A stretch of DNA of 64,000 nucleotides, taken from assembly GCA_965204595.1 (NCBI GenBank), contig CBDBEW010000014.1, positions 405,034 through 469,033 of the forward strand, in the 5' to 3' direction. The notes below the pieces were generated by a model. It was not told the origin of the DNA. It searched no databases and saw only the letters and a list, made by a program, of their open reading frames with translations. Numbering within the stretch: the first letter of the stretch is position 1; every line of letters starts with the position of its first letter. The position numbers and the translations under genes are program-made. Source of the stretch: Candidatus Aldehydirespiratoraceae bacterium (GTDB taxonomy: Bacteria > Actinomycetota > Acidimicrobiia > Acidimicrobiales > Aldehydirespiratoraceae). Positions 19,901 through 29,012 of the stretch are shown one piece after another.

Positions 19901-20691
19901 TGATGCGAGTTGTGAGGGTAATTGTTTGTCTTGATGTTGATGCTGGGAGAGTGGTCAAAGGTGTCAACTTCGTGAACATTCGAGATGCGGGTGATCCCGT
20001 TGAACTTGCGGCTGCTTATGATGCACAGGGAGCCGACGAGTTAGTGTTTTTGGATATCACGGCTTCCGTTGATAAACGTGACACGACTACAGCAATGGTG
20101 AGTGCGGTTGCTGAGCAAGTTTTCATTCCTTTCACCATAGGTGGGGGGATACGCAATGTGGAAGATGCCAGGCGGTTACTGATGGCAGGTGCCGACAAGG
20201 TGAGTATCAACACTGCGGCGGTCAAACGTCCTGAACTAATACGTGAGATCAGCAGTGAGTTTGGTGCGCAATGCTGTGTGGTGGCAATCGATGCCCGCCG
20301 ACAGCTCGACAGCCCCAGTGAGGTTTACACACATGGTGGCAGGGTGCGCACGGGTATTGATGCTCCGCAGTGGGCCAGTGAGGTGCAACGACTTGGCGCG
20401 GGTGAAATACTGTTGACTTCCATGGACACAGATGGCACCCAAGGCGGTTTTGACATTGAACTCACCCGCACCATCACTAGGCGCGTTGATATACCGGTCA
20501 TAGCTAGTGGCGGTGTGGGTGACTTGCGCCATCTAGCCGAAGGCGTGACCCAAGGTGGTGCAGACGCAGTGTTAGCGGCCAGCATTTTTCATTTCGGTCA
20601 ACACACCGTCGCAGATGCCAAACAAACTCTCAACGAACACGGCATCACCACCCGCCCCGCACCCTCCGATCCACCACAGCTTCACATCTGA
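19900..20691 (+). CDS. hisF: imidazole glycerol phosphate synthase, cyclase subunit
   Basis: [16 protein letters not shown] and ASGGVG motifs. TGATG overlap with hisA. Confidence 0.92.
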   Translation: MMRVVRVIVCLDVDAGRVVKGVNFVNIRDAGDPVELAAAYDAQGADELVFLDITASVDKRDTTTAMVSAVAEQVFIPFTIGGGIRNVEDARRLLMAGADKVSINTAAVKRPELIREISSEFGAQCCVVAIDARRQLDSPSEVYTHGGRVRTGIDAPQWASEVQRLGAGEILLTSMDTDGTQGGFDIELTRTITRRVDIPVIASGGVGDLRHLAEGVTQGGADAVLAASIFHFGQHTVADAKQTLNEHGITTRPAPSDPPQLHI

Positions 20692-20699
20692 CATATTGG

Positions 20700-20941
20700 T
20701 AAAGAAGAGCCTGCTTGTGCCACACTAGGCGTGTCGCCCTACCAAACACCGGCAGATCCACCAACTCCACCCACCGGTCGCCGTCAGACCACAACGACCC
20801 GCCGCAAGTTCCCCACGGCGATCTCGACGTTCGCCGCCGCACATGAACCCGCAACAACCCGCCGGTGTCGTCTGCGGCGAGCACCTTGACATTGCCTAAA
20901 TCGACGATCATTTCGCTCACGCGCCTACGGTGACAGTCCAC
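20700..20941 (-). pseudogene. remnant of an ISL3-like transposase N-terminus
   Basis: The - strand translation ...LLRVHVRRRTSRS...VELVDLPVFGRATRLVWHKQ... resembles the ISL3 N-terminal L-x-DLP-x-x-GR-x-x-x-L-x-W-x-K block. It has no catalytic domain and is visibly more GC-rich than its flanks. Confidence 0.45.
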
Positions 20942-21090
20942 AGGGATCCTCCAATGTTCGGTGTTGTAGACAACACCAATTCCGGGGGATCCCTCACACT
21001 CAAGCGCGGATAGCCACCGACCTCACTCCGACCTCATTCGCGCAGAGCCAGTTAAGTGATCGTTAGTCCCTCTAGCCAACCTGGAGCTAT

Positions 21091-21627
21091 TCAAGTACAC
21101 AATTTGCCGATTGATAGAGGAACCAGAGATTGCTGACCTGAGGATTGAACAATTAGGTCGACACAACTGGGTTCGACTACCCAAGTACCGCCAGCAAATA
21201 CGAGCCAGTCGTCAGGTTCTCCAGCGCAGGGACCTACACTGACGCGCTGCACGAACGCATCTGGCTCAGACCAATCAAGACGCACTGAATCAAGAAACTC
21301 ATCTCCCAAAGTAACCTGTGTTTCGTGACCTGGGCGAACCAAAAGTGGATGCTTGGAAAAGCGGAACGACGGACCTGAGGGCAGAATGTTGTCTCGTCGT
21401 CTCAGTCGATGAACGATCTTTGACCTGATTGCTATCGCATCGTGATACACCTGAAAACCATCAGGGAGGTAGGAAACAACATCAATTTGGGTCGCACAGT
21501 CCACTTGAGCCTCCAACAAAGGTTGATCAAGGTCTCCTCGGTCGACGGTTAGCACAAATAGCCCAACGAAAGCTATCGCGATAGCGACAAGCCCTAGAAG
21601 CATTTTACGCAATCCAGTCATCACCAA
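21091..21627 (-). CDS. hypothetical membrane-anchored protein (178 aa)
   Basis: N-terminal hydrophobic anchor (LLGLVAIAIAFVGLFVL) and four Cys in the extracytoplasmic part. Antisense to the surrounding his operon. Confidence 0.5.
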   Translation of the reverse strand: MVMTGLRKMLLGLVAIAIAFVGLFVLTVDRGDLDQPLLEAQVDCATQIDVVSYLPDGFQVYHDAIAIRSKIVHRLRRRDNILPSGPSFRFSKHPLLVRPGHETQVTLGDEFLDSVRLDWSEPDAFVQRVSVGPCAGEPDDWLVFAGGTWVVEPSCVDLIVQSSGQQSLVPLSIGKLCT

Positions 21628-21763
21628 GTTCGCTATCTTTCATAAGTGAAATATTATCACTCGCTTTGAAAGTCCTTTTGTAACAAAATCTCTTCGCAGC
21701 CAATTCGATGCCCGATTCGGCTAAGACGAACATAGTTGGCGGGGGATACTCTAGGCTGATCAA

Positions 21764-22189
21764 ATGGAAAAAGACTTGGCGTTGGAGGAGGGGTTAGGTG
21801 CCAACCTTGATTTTGACAAAGTTGCCAAGATTGGTAAGGCAGGACATCAGGTCGTGCCGGTGGTGCTACAAGATGTTGACTCTAGCGAGGTCTTGTTTAT
21901 TGGTTACTCCAACAAAGAAGCCTACGAAGCCACACTTGAACGAAAAGCCGCAGTGCTCTACTCAACCTCCCGTCAAGAGATTTGGCACAAGGGCGCAACA
22001 AGTGGAGATCAACTCACCGTTGTCGAGGTGCGCGTCAACTGTGAACAAAATAGTCTGCTCTATCTCGTTCGCAAAGTGGGCGCAGGTGCCTGCCACACAA
22101 AAGACCAAAATGGCAATACCCGACCAAGTTGTTATTACCGCAAAGTGCTTGACCCGCAGACACTAGCACCCGTTGACACAGAAAGCTAA
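21764..22189 (+). CDS. hisI: phosphoribosyl-AMP cyclohydrolase (divergent active-site motif)
   Basis: WHKGATSGDQLTVVEVRVNCEQNSLLYLV...GACHT...SCYY aligns to the HisI G-x-x-Q...DCDxD...CHTG..SCF pattern. Confidence 0.8.
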   Translation: MEKDLALEEGLGANLDFDKVAKIGKAGHQVVPVVLQDVDSSEVLFIGYSNKEAYEATLERKAAVLYSTSRQEIWHKGATSGDQLTVVEVRVNCEQNSLLYLVRKVGAGACHTKDQNGNTRPSCYYRKVLDPQTLAPVDTES

Positions 22190-23733
22190 TGCGTACCTTC
22201 CCCAATTTAGAAGAGTTCCGCGGGTTAGCACGGCAATATCGGGTGATACCTCTCTGGCGAGTGCTCCTCGCTGATCTGACCACGCCTGTTAGTGCTTTTC
22301 TGCGGGTGGTTGGAGACGAAGCGGGTTTTCTCTTAGAATCTGTGGATGGAGGGGATCGCTGGAGTCGCTGGTCTTTTGTTGGCCGTCGCCCCTTAGCGAC
22401 AATAATTTCTCGTCACAACCACATCACCGTTGAAGGAGAACTCGGTGTTGAGATAGACCCCAAAGGCGGTGTGCTAAATGCCCTCGACCTCTTACTGGCG
22501 TATTACCGCACCCCTCCTTTAGTAGGACTGCCACCACTTCATAGCGGCTTAATCGGCTACCTCGGCTATGACGTTGTACGTGAGGTTGAGCACCTTCCAA
22601 ACCAACCCGAAGATGATCTACAGTATCGAGACGCAGTAATCTCTGTCATCGGCGAACTCGCTGCCTATGACCACTGGCAACAGCAAGTGACCCTAGTTGC
22701 AAACGCCATCATTCCCCAAGATGCCGATCAAGAACAAATCGATGCCATTTATCAAGATGCGCTTGCACGTCTCGAATCGCTAGAGGAGGCGGGCTCTCAA
22801 GCAGTTGCCGAGCCGCTTTTTCTACCCGCCCAAGGCGATGAAGACTTACCCGAAACAACCTCCACCATGTCTAAAGCGACCTATTGTGCGGCAGTTGAGG
22901 CGGCACGTGAGTGCATATTCGCGGGCGATATTTTTCAGGTTGTGTTAGCGCAACGGTTTAGCTTCGAACTTGATGCTGACGCGATCGATCTCTATCGGGT
23001 GTTGCGGCAAGTGAACCCTAGTCCATACATGTATTTTCAGCGTCACCATGACCTCGAAATCGTGGGGGCCTCACCCGAACCGCTGGTGCAAGTTCTTGAT
23101 GGACGGGTGATCTCTCGTCCTATAGCTGGCACCCGCAAACGCAGTAATTTGGAAGCCAAAGATCGCCAAATGGAAGCAGAACTTCGCGAAAACCCCAAAG
23201 AAATTGCTGAGCACATAATGTTGCTAGACCTAGCACGCAACGACATCGGGCGTGTCATCAAATATGGAACTCTAAAGGTGGATGAAATGATGACGCTTGA
23301 AAAATATAGCCATGTGATGCACCTCACTTCGCAAGTGTCAGGAGACTTGGCCCAAGATGCCACAGCCATTGATGTCTTGCGCGCCACGCTGCCCGCAGGC
23401 ACCTTGTCGGGTGCTCCTAAGGTGCGGGCGATGCAAATCATTGATGAACTAGAGCCAACTAAACGAGGTCCATATGGGGGAGTGGTTGGCTATATAGACT
23501 TCTCTGGAGGGATGGACACCGCAATAGCCATACGCACAATGCTGGTTTCAGGTAATCGGGCAACTGTTAGTGCAGGTGCGGGCATTGTTGCGGATTCGGT
23601 GCCAGAAGAGGAATATTTGGAATGTCAAAACAAGGCCAAGGCTTTGTTGGCGGCGGTTCCCGCGGCTCGCCGCATGCGTGCAGTTCGTGCCATGTCAGAA
23701 GCTAAAGGTAGCAATGCTAGCCACTCTCGTTGA
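22189..23733 (+). CDS. trpE: anthranilate synthase component I
   Basis: FLLESVDGG Trp-site motif and LPAGTLSGAPKVRAM motif. TAATG overlap with hisI. Confidence 0.92.
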   Translation: MRTFPNLEEFRGLARQYRVIPLWRVLLADLTTPVSAFLRVVGDEAGFLLESVDGGDRWSRWSFVGRRPLATIISRHNHITVEGELGVEIDPKGGVLNALDLLLAYYRTPPLVGLPPLHSGLIGYLGYDVVREVEHLPNQPEDDLQYRDAVISVIGELAAYDHWQQQVTLVANAIIPQDADQEQIDAIYQDALARLESLEEAGSQAVAEPLFLPAQGDEDLPETTSTMSKATYCAAVEAARECIFAGDIFQVVLAQRFSFELDADAIDLYRVLRQVNPSPYMYFQRHHDLEIVGASPEPLVQVLDGRVISRPIAGTRKRSNLEAKDRQMEAELRENPKEIAEHIMLLDLARNDIGRVIKYGTLKVDEMMTLEKYSHVMHLTSQVSGDLAQDATAIDVLRATLPAGTLSGAPKVRAMQIIDELEPTKRGPYGGVVGYIDFSGGMDTAIAIRTMLVSGNRATVSAGAGIVADSVPEEEYLECQNKAKALLAAVPAARRMRAVRAMSEAKGSNASHSR

Positions 23734-24523
23734 CCGTGACGTTGTTGAGGTCGTTGGGGGTGATGCCACATCGTACCTGCAAGGCCAAATTTCTCAAGAT
23801 GTTGCCAGCATCTCCCAAGGCGGGTCTGCTTGGTCATTGATTCTGGCACCTACTGGCAAACTTGTGGCATGGTTTCGTTTGCATCACCTCACCGCTGACC
23901 GTTTTCTCATCGACATTGAAACTGGTTGGGCGCAGCCACTGATAGCACGTCTGCGGCAGTTCGTCTTGCACAGCGATGTTGCATTCAATGCTCTAGGTGG
24001 TTGGCGCATGCTTTCGTTGCGCCAGTTCGCTGAACCCTTCGAGGTTGTGGCACAACTATCGGCAGACTTCGCCTGGCCTGACTTTAGTGGTCGTGATTAC
24101 CTCAGCCCTGCTTTACAAGTGCCCGCTGGTGTCACCCTCACCGAAGCGGCTAGTGAAGAAGCAAGAATTCTTGCTGGTGTGCCTCGTTTAGGAAAAGACA
24201 TTACCGAAAACATGATCCCTGCTGAAGCGGGAGCGCATTTCATTAGCGAATCGGTGAGTTTCACTAAGGGCTGCTACACAGGCCAGGAACTCGTGGCTCG
24301 TATCGACAGCAGAGGTGGCAATGTGCCTCGGTTGTTGCGCGTGTTGATTGCACAATCTCCCCTTCGTGAGGGTGGGGCAGTCATATATGAGGAGGCACAA
24401 GTGGGTGAAGTGCGCTCTGCTGCGGGTTCGGTGGCTCTAGCACCCTTGTTGCGAAAGGTGCCCCTCGGTGCTCAGGTTCAAGTTGATGGCGTTATGGCTC
24501 AAGTGAAAGTTCCCCAAAATTGA
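23714..24523 (+). CDS. YgfZ/GcvT-like folate-binding protein
   Basis: FTKGCYTGQELVARIDSRG matches the YgfZ K-G-C-Y-x-G-Q-E signature. Start set at the ATG at 23714 (MLATLVDRDVVEV), which overlaps the trpE end by 20 nt. Confidence 0.7.
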   Translation: MLATLVDRDVVEVVGGDATSYLQGQISQDVASISQGGSAWSLILAPTGKLVAWFRLHHLTADRFLIDIETGWAQPLIARLRQFVLHSDVAFNALGGWRMLSLRQFAEPFEVVAQLSADFAWPDFSGRDYLSPALQVPAGVTLTEAASEEARILAGVPRLGKDITENMIPAEAGAHFISESVSFTKGCYTGQELVARIDSRGGNVPRLLRVLIAQSPLREGGAVIYEEAQVGEVRSAAGSVALAPLLRKVPLGAQVQVDGVMAQVKVPQN

Positions 24524-24557
24524 AGCCCTTGAGCGAAAGCCCGCTAGCGTCAAGACC

Positions 24558-25229
24558 ATGTTCATCAAGATCTGTGGCATCACCAACGAACAAGACGCGT
24601 TGCTAGCAGCCGCTTTGGGAGCCGATGCCGTGGGATTTGTGTTCGCTCCCTCATCTCGACAGGTCGCAGTCGACCGCGTGCGAGACATTACTCGCCGTCT
24701 ACCTGTTGATGTGCTGACGGTTGGCGTTTTTCGTAATGAACTACCAGATCGTGTGGTGCAGATCGTGCATCGTGCTAATTTGGGCGCGGCACAACTGCAC
24801 GGGAACGAACCACCAGAACAGGCTCAAGAGATAAATAAGCGTGTGCCGCGACTCATCAAAGCCTTCACTTCTAGCGACAAGAGATTAGCTAAAGTGGCTG
24901 CCTATGGTGCTGATGTGATCCTCATAGACTCGCCCCGCCCAGGCAGCGGTGAAGTGTTTGATTGGAACCTTATGGAAAACATGCCTCTTTCTGGTGCTCG
25001 GGTGCTCTTAGCTGGCGGTCTTGATGCAGGTAATGTTGGGCGAGCCATAGAGGTTGTTTCGCCTTGGGGAGTTGATGTCTCAAGCGGAGTTGAACGCTCA
25101 CCCGGTGAAAAAGACCCAGTTAAACTAAGACATTTCATTGTCGCTGCCAAAGAGGCCTTCACCAAGGTTCGCTTACGTGACCGCGTTGAGGTGTCTGAAC
25201 TACCCTACAACTGGAAGGACGATATTTAA
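24558..25229 (+). CDS. trpF: phosphoribosylanthranilate isomerase
   Basis: MFIKICGIT...GADAVGFVFAPSSRQV and GVDVSSGVERSPGEKD motifs. Confidence 0.88.
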   Translation: MFIKICGITNEQDALLAAALGADAVGFVFAPSSRQVAVDRVRDITRRLPVDVLTVGVFRNELPDRVVQIVHRANLGAAQLHGNEPPEQAQEINKRVPRLIKAFTSSDKRLAKVAAYGADVILIDSPRPGSGEVFDWNLMENMPLSGARVLLAGGLDAGNVGRAIEVVSPWGVDVSSGVERSPGEKDPVKLRHFIVAAKEAFTKVRLRDRVEVSELPYNWKDDI

Positions 25230-26428
25230 TGACCCACACAATTGCGCCTGCACCAATCAGTGCTAGTGCCAGCGGAATGGGTGATCCGAGCGAAGCCGGC
25301 AGATTCGGTGAGTTTGGCGGGATGTTCGTACCCGAAACGTTGGTGCCCGCATGTCAAGAACTTGATCGTGCCTTTCGCTCAGCTTGGGCAGATACAACTT
25401 TTAGAGATGAACTAAATCGATTGTTGCGCGACTATGCGGGGCGTCCTTCGCCGATAACTGTCTGTGACAATCTAAGTACCGAACTGGGATGCCAAATATT
25501 GCTCAAACGTGAAGACCTGAACCACACCGGAAGTCACAAGATCAACAGTGTCTTGGGCCAGGGTTTGCTGGCGAAACGTCTAGGCAAAACCCGCCTTGTG
25601 GCAGAAACTGGTGCCGGGCAACATGGCGTGGCAACAGCAACTGCCGCAGCATTGTTTGGCATGGAGTGCATTGTGTATATGGGCGAGGTTGATATTGCCC
25701 GCCAAGAACTAAACGTCTTTCGCATGAAGTTGTTGGGTAGCGAGGTTCGTGCTGCACAATCTGGTTCTCAAACTCTCAAGGATGCGGTAAATGAGGCGAT
25801 GCGTTATTGGGTTGGTGCGGTGGAGTCAACTCATTATTGCTTGGGTTCGGTGATGGGTCCTCATCCCTATCCCTGGATGGTTCGTGAGTTTCATCGAGTT
25901 ATCGGCACCGAAGCTGCACAGCAATGCAGGGAACTCTTGGCAGGCGGCACACCCGATGTGGTTGTGGCTTGTGTTGGCGGAGGTTCTAATGCCGCGGGCA
26001 TCTTTTCTGGATTTGTGGATAGCGATGCGGCTTTAGTGGGGGTTGAACCAGCGGGTGGGGCAGCTGTCGGGCGTGCTGTGCCGGGGATTGTGCATGGTTC
26101 ACATTCGTATTTGATGCAAGATGAATGGGGTCAGGTGCTTGAGGCACAATCCATCTCTGCGGGGCTTGATTATCCTGGTGTGGGCCCCGAACACGCTCAT
26201 CTCGCGGCCACTAAGCGAGCTCGTTACGAGGCGGTTAGCGATGAACAAGTGATAGAAGCGTTTGGATTGCTGGCCCGCACAGAGGGCATCATCCCCGCGC
26301 TCGAACCGGCTCACGCGCTCGCATGGGTTGCACAAGAAGCCCCGCAACTGCAGGGGCAAACCATCTTGTTGAACCTCAGTGGCCGCGGCGACAAAGATGT
26401 GGCGCAGATGATGGAACTCCTTGCGTGA
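25229..26428 (+). CDS. trpB: tryptophan synthase beta chain
   Basis: LNHTGSHKINS PLP-lysine motif and GGGSNAAG motif. TAATG overlap with trpF. Confidence 0.93.
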   Translation: MTHTIAPAPISASASGMGDPSEAGRFGEFGGMFVPETLVPACQELDRAFRSAWADTTFRDELNRLLRDYAGRPSPITVCDNLSTELGCQILLKREDLNHTGSHKINSVLGQGLLAKRLGKTRLVAETGAGQHGVATATAAALFGMECIVYMGEVDIARQELNVFRMKLLGSEVRAAQSGSQTLKDAVNEAMRYWVGAVESTHYCLGSVMGPHPYPWMVREFHRVIGTEAAQQCRELLAGGTPDVVVACVGGGSNAAGIFSGFVDSDAALVGVEPAGGAAVGRAVPGIVHGSHSYLMQDEWGQVLEAQSISAGLDYPGVGPEHAHLAATKRARYEAVSDEQVIEAFGLLARTEGIIPALEPAHALAWVAQEAPQLQGQTILLNLSGRGDKDVAQMMELLA

Positions 26429-27204
26429 GTGGTGCTCTTGAAACAGCATTGCGAGCGAGGCGGGAACGCGGCGGCAAGTGTTTAGTGCCATACCTAACTG
26501 GGGGTCTAGGGCAAGACTGGCTTGAGACAATTCAGGCAGTTGCGTTGGCTGGTGCTGACGCTATCGAGGTTGGTATTCCTTTTTCTGATCCAGTTATGGA
26601 CGGCCCCACGATTCAACAAGCCAACGACAAAGCATTAGCGGCAGGCACCACACCGCAGTCGGTGTTGGATCAGCTTCGTGGTGCAGACATCGGGATACCA
26701 ACCGCGGTGATGACCTATGGCAACATTGCTTACCATATGGGTTATAAACGTTTTGCTTCTTCTTTGGCGAACAGTGGGGTTGCTGGTTGTATATTGCCAG
26801 ACATACCTCTTGAAGAGGTTGCCCCTTGGACACAAGCAGCAGATACCGCTGGAATTGAAACAGTCTTGTTGGCCGCGCCCACCGCAAGCGATCAACGTTT
26901 AGCTCAGATTGCAAGCAGGTCGCGTGGATTCGTTTATGGCGTTGGATTGCTAGGTATTACCGGTGTGCGTTCCGAGTTGGCTGCTAGTGCTAAAGTGATA
27001 GCTAGTCGTTTGAAACAACTCACCAACCGTGTGGTGCTTGTGGGGGTGGGGGTGAGCACACCAAGCCAGGCTGTTGAGGTTTGTGAGACAGCAGACGGGG
27101 TGGTTGTGGGTTCGGCTGTGGTGCAACGTATGCTTGACGGTGCTGGCCCTGAAGGGGTTGCCGCTTTGGTTAGCGAATTTCGTGCGGCGCTAGATGCCTG
27201 CTAA
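26425..27204 (+). CDS. trpA: tryptophan synthase alpha chain
   Basis: LVPYLTGG and GADAIEVGIPFSDPVMDGPTIQ motifs. GTG at 26425 overlaps the trpB stop (GTGA). Confidence 0.9.
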   Translation: MSGALETALRARRERGGKCLVPYLTGGLGQDWLETIQAVALAGADAIEVGIPFSDPVMDGPTIQQANDKALAAGTTPQSVLDQLRGADIGIPTAVMTYGNIAYHMGYKRFASSLANSGVAGCILPDIPLEEVAPWTQAADTAGIETVLLAAPTASDQRLAQIASRSRGFVYGVGLLGITGVRSELAASAKVIASRLKQLTNRVVLVGVGVSTPSQAVEVCETADGVVVGSAVVQRMLDGAGPEGVAALVSEFRAALDAC

Positions 27205-27251
27205 AAACCGTTGCTGGCCCGGAGGACGCTGGCTTCACCTAACTGGGGATT

Positions 27252-27953
27252 TTATCCATCTACGTTGGTGACACTTTGTGAAGTCGCTGCATCGAAACGT
27301 TCAACGGCAGGCAAGTGTGCAAACTGGGCAGCGTTAGTGTCACCTTGGGTATTGTTGAGGGTTTGCGTCAGTTCGTTTGCGTTCTTCCCATGCAGTAGCT
27401 GTGAAGCGGGATTAGTGATCTGCTGCGGGTCTAGCTCAACTACTTGATTGGAATCGAGGGGTAATATTGTTGAGGCACTCAACCACCCCCACTCGTCTCC
27501 ATAAAGAACCAGTGGCAGAACATAGCTCTTTCCAACTTCAAGCCGTTCCGCACCCAATGAACCATAAGGAACGGTAACTCTATTTTTGCGTATCCAACCG
27601 TTTGCCACAAAGGAAACTGTCCCCGTTTGAGGCACGGTGTTGGGGTAGTTCCAGAGAGTTTCGTCGATGCGTAAAGCGACACTTCTCCCCACATATCCAC
27701 CGCCTCGCTCCTCACTCAACTCGCTAGGCAGCTCTGCTTCGCTCATCACCGTAACCCTAGAAATTTGAGTCGCGTAGCTTACCCAGTCGGTCAGGCTTGA
27801 AGACGGCAACGCATCTTCATCTATACCATAAACTATGCCACCAGCCTCGTCTGTTAATCCAGAACCATTAATCACGGCAAACAAAGTAACCCCTGCTCCC
27901 AACAAGGCAAAGATCGCTACAGCGAGTAGAGCTTTTCTTGAACCTTTGGACAT
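27252..27953 (-). CDS. hypothetical membrane-anchored or secreted protein (233 aa)
   Basis: N-terminal anchor ALLAVAIFALLGAGVTLFAV. Good RBS (AAGGAG) 8 nt upstream on the - strand. Confidence 0.55.
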   Translation of the reverse strand: MSKGSRKALLAVAIFALLGAGVTLFAVINGSGLTDEAGGIVYGIDEDALPSSSLTDWVSYATQISRVTVMSEAELPSELSEERGGGYVGRSVALRIDETLWNYPNTVPQTGTVSFVANGWIRKNRVTVPYGSLGAERLEVGKSYVLPLVLYGDEWGWLSASTILPLDSNQVVELDPQQITNPASQLLHGKNANELTQTLNNTQGDTNAAQFAHLPAVERFDAATSQSVTNVDG

Positions 27954-27969
27954 GATATGAACTCCTTTG

Positions 27970-28164
27970 TCAAACGGATAATAGTGTGCTACCTACTACT
28001 TGACAATAGCGAGTCCCTGCGCTCGTTGACGTACCTTGCTCTGTGCAATTCCATGTCGCATTTTTTGTTCTGAACAGACTGTCAAACGAGTAAGCGGACC
28101 TAAAAGTCACCGTCCCAACTACAGCAAGTAAACACAAACCGATCAAAAGGGCCGCTTTCCGCAT
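27970..28164 (-). CDS. small putative secreted protein (64 aa)
   Basis: Signal-like N-terminus MRKAALLIGLCLLAVVG and two Cys. Lies 16 nt upstream of the previous gene. No clear RBS. Confidence 0.35.
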   Translation of the reverse strand: MRKAALLIGLCLLAVVGTVTFRSAYSFDSLFRTKNATWNCTEQGTSTSAGTRYCQVVGSTLLSV

Positions 28165-28446
28165 AAGATGTGAGGATCACTCCGCGGCGTGAGGAGCTGA
28201 CAACGCAGGTGCTTCGTTGGTGACGTGTCAGGTTGGTCATAGTCGCCCGCTAAGCAAAATGGCAACCGAACTAGAATAACAGCATTGGCAAGATTTTGAT
28301 TTATTTTGTTTTGTGTGAGCATGATTGGTTTTGGTTTGGTATGGTTGTGTTTAGCGATGGGTGAATTATTTTGATTCGTTCGTTGTGGCTTTGTCGCCGA
28401 GTCTTACCGCTTCCATTTACATCACAAAATATTTTTAGATGCAGAC

Positions 28447-28908
28447 ATGGCCAACCATTTTTCCATATCAACTATTCTTAACGACCAAATAGGTGTTATG
28501 ACCAAACCCAACAAAACAAAAACCCCAACCACAACAGAAGTGGAGTCTTCTTCAAAAGCGTCTGCTAATACGGTTGTGGAAGGTGCCGCGAAACCCAAGA
28601 GGTTTCAAGGGTTAAAGAACTCTGCGTTTTCTTTAGCGACCGCGCTACTTGTTTTGTTCGCTGGTATCACCTTCACTACCTTGAACTACAATATCGGACG
28701 ACTCGACACCCGCATCGACCGGTTAGAAGACCGCATAGATCAACGTTTTGAAGCAGTTGATCAACGTTTTGAGGCTGTCGATCAACGTTTCGAGGCTCAA
28801 GATGAGAAGTTAGATGAGATTAATCTCAAGCTAACGGCTTTGATATCTGCTTTGAATGCGTCAGCGGCTGTCGATGCTGCAATTGATGGCACACTGCTCA
28901 CGCCATAA
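28447..28908 (+). CDS. single-TM coiled-coil protein with DQRFEAx heptad repeats
   Basis: TM segment FSLATALLVLFAGITFTTL followed by RLDTRIDRLEDRIDQRFEAVDQRFEAVDQRFEAQDEKLDEINLKL. Confidence 0.55.
   Translation: MANHFSISTILNDQIGVMTKPNKTKTPTTTEVESSSKASANTVVEGAAKPKRFQGLKNSAFSLATALLVLFAGITFTTLNYNIGRLDTRIDRLEDRIDQRFEAVDQRFEAVDQRFEAQDEKLDEINLKLTALISALNASAAVDAAIDGTLLTP
28738..28800 (+). repeat. 3 x 21-bp in-frame tandem repeat (GATCAACGTTTTGARGCNGTY)
   Basis: Units read directly at 28738-28758, 28759-28779 and 28780-28800. They encode DQRFEAV x2 plus DQRFEAQ. Confidence 0.85.
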
Positions 28909-29012
28909 CCTGTGTCCGCATTTCAAAGCTCAAGCAATCGACCGCTCTCTCGACACATTCACTCCACCCTAAAACGCGAAGAGCCATCAAAGCTACACCG
29001 CTTCACACCGCA

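Noticed and set aside
28738-28800. Possible CRISPR-like or VNTR array.
   Set aside because: There are only three 21-bp units, contiguous with no spacers and in frame inside a coding sequence. This is a coding tandem repeat, not CRISPR.
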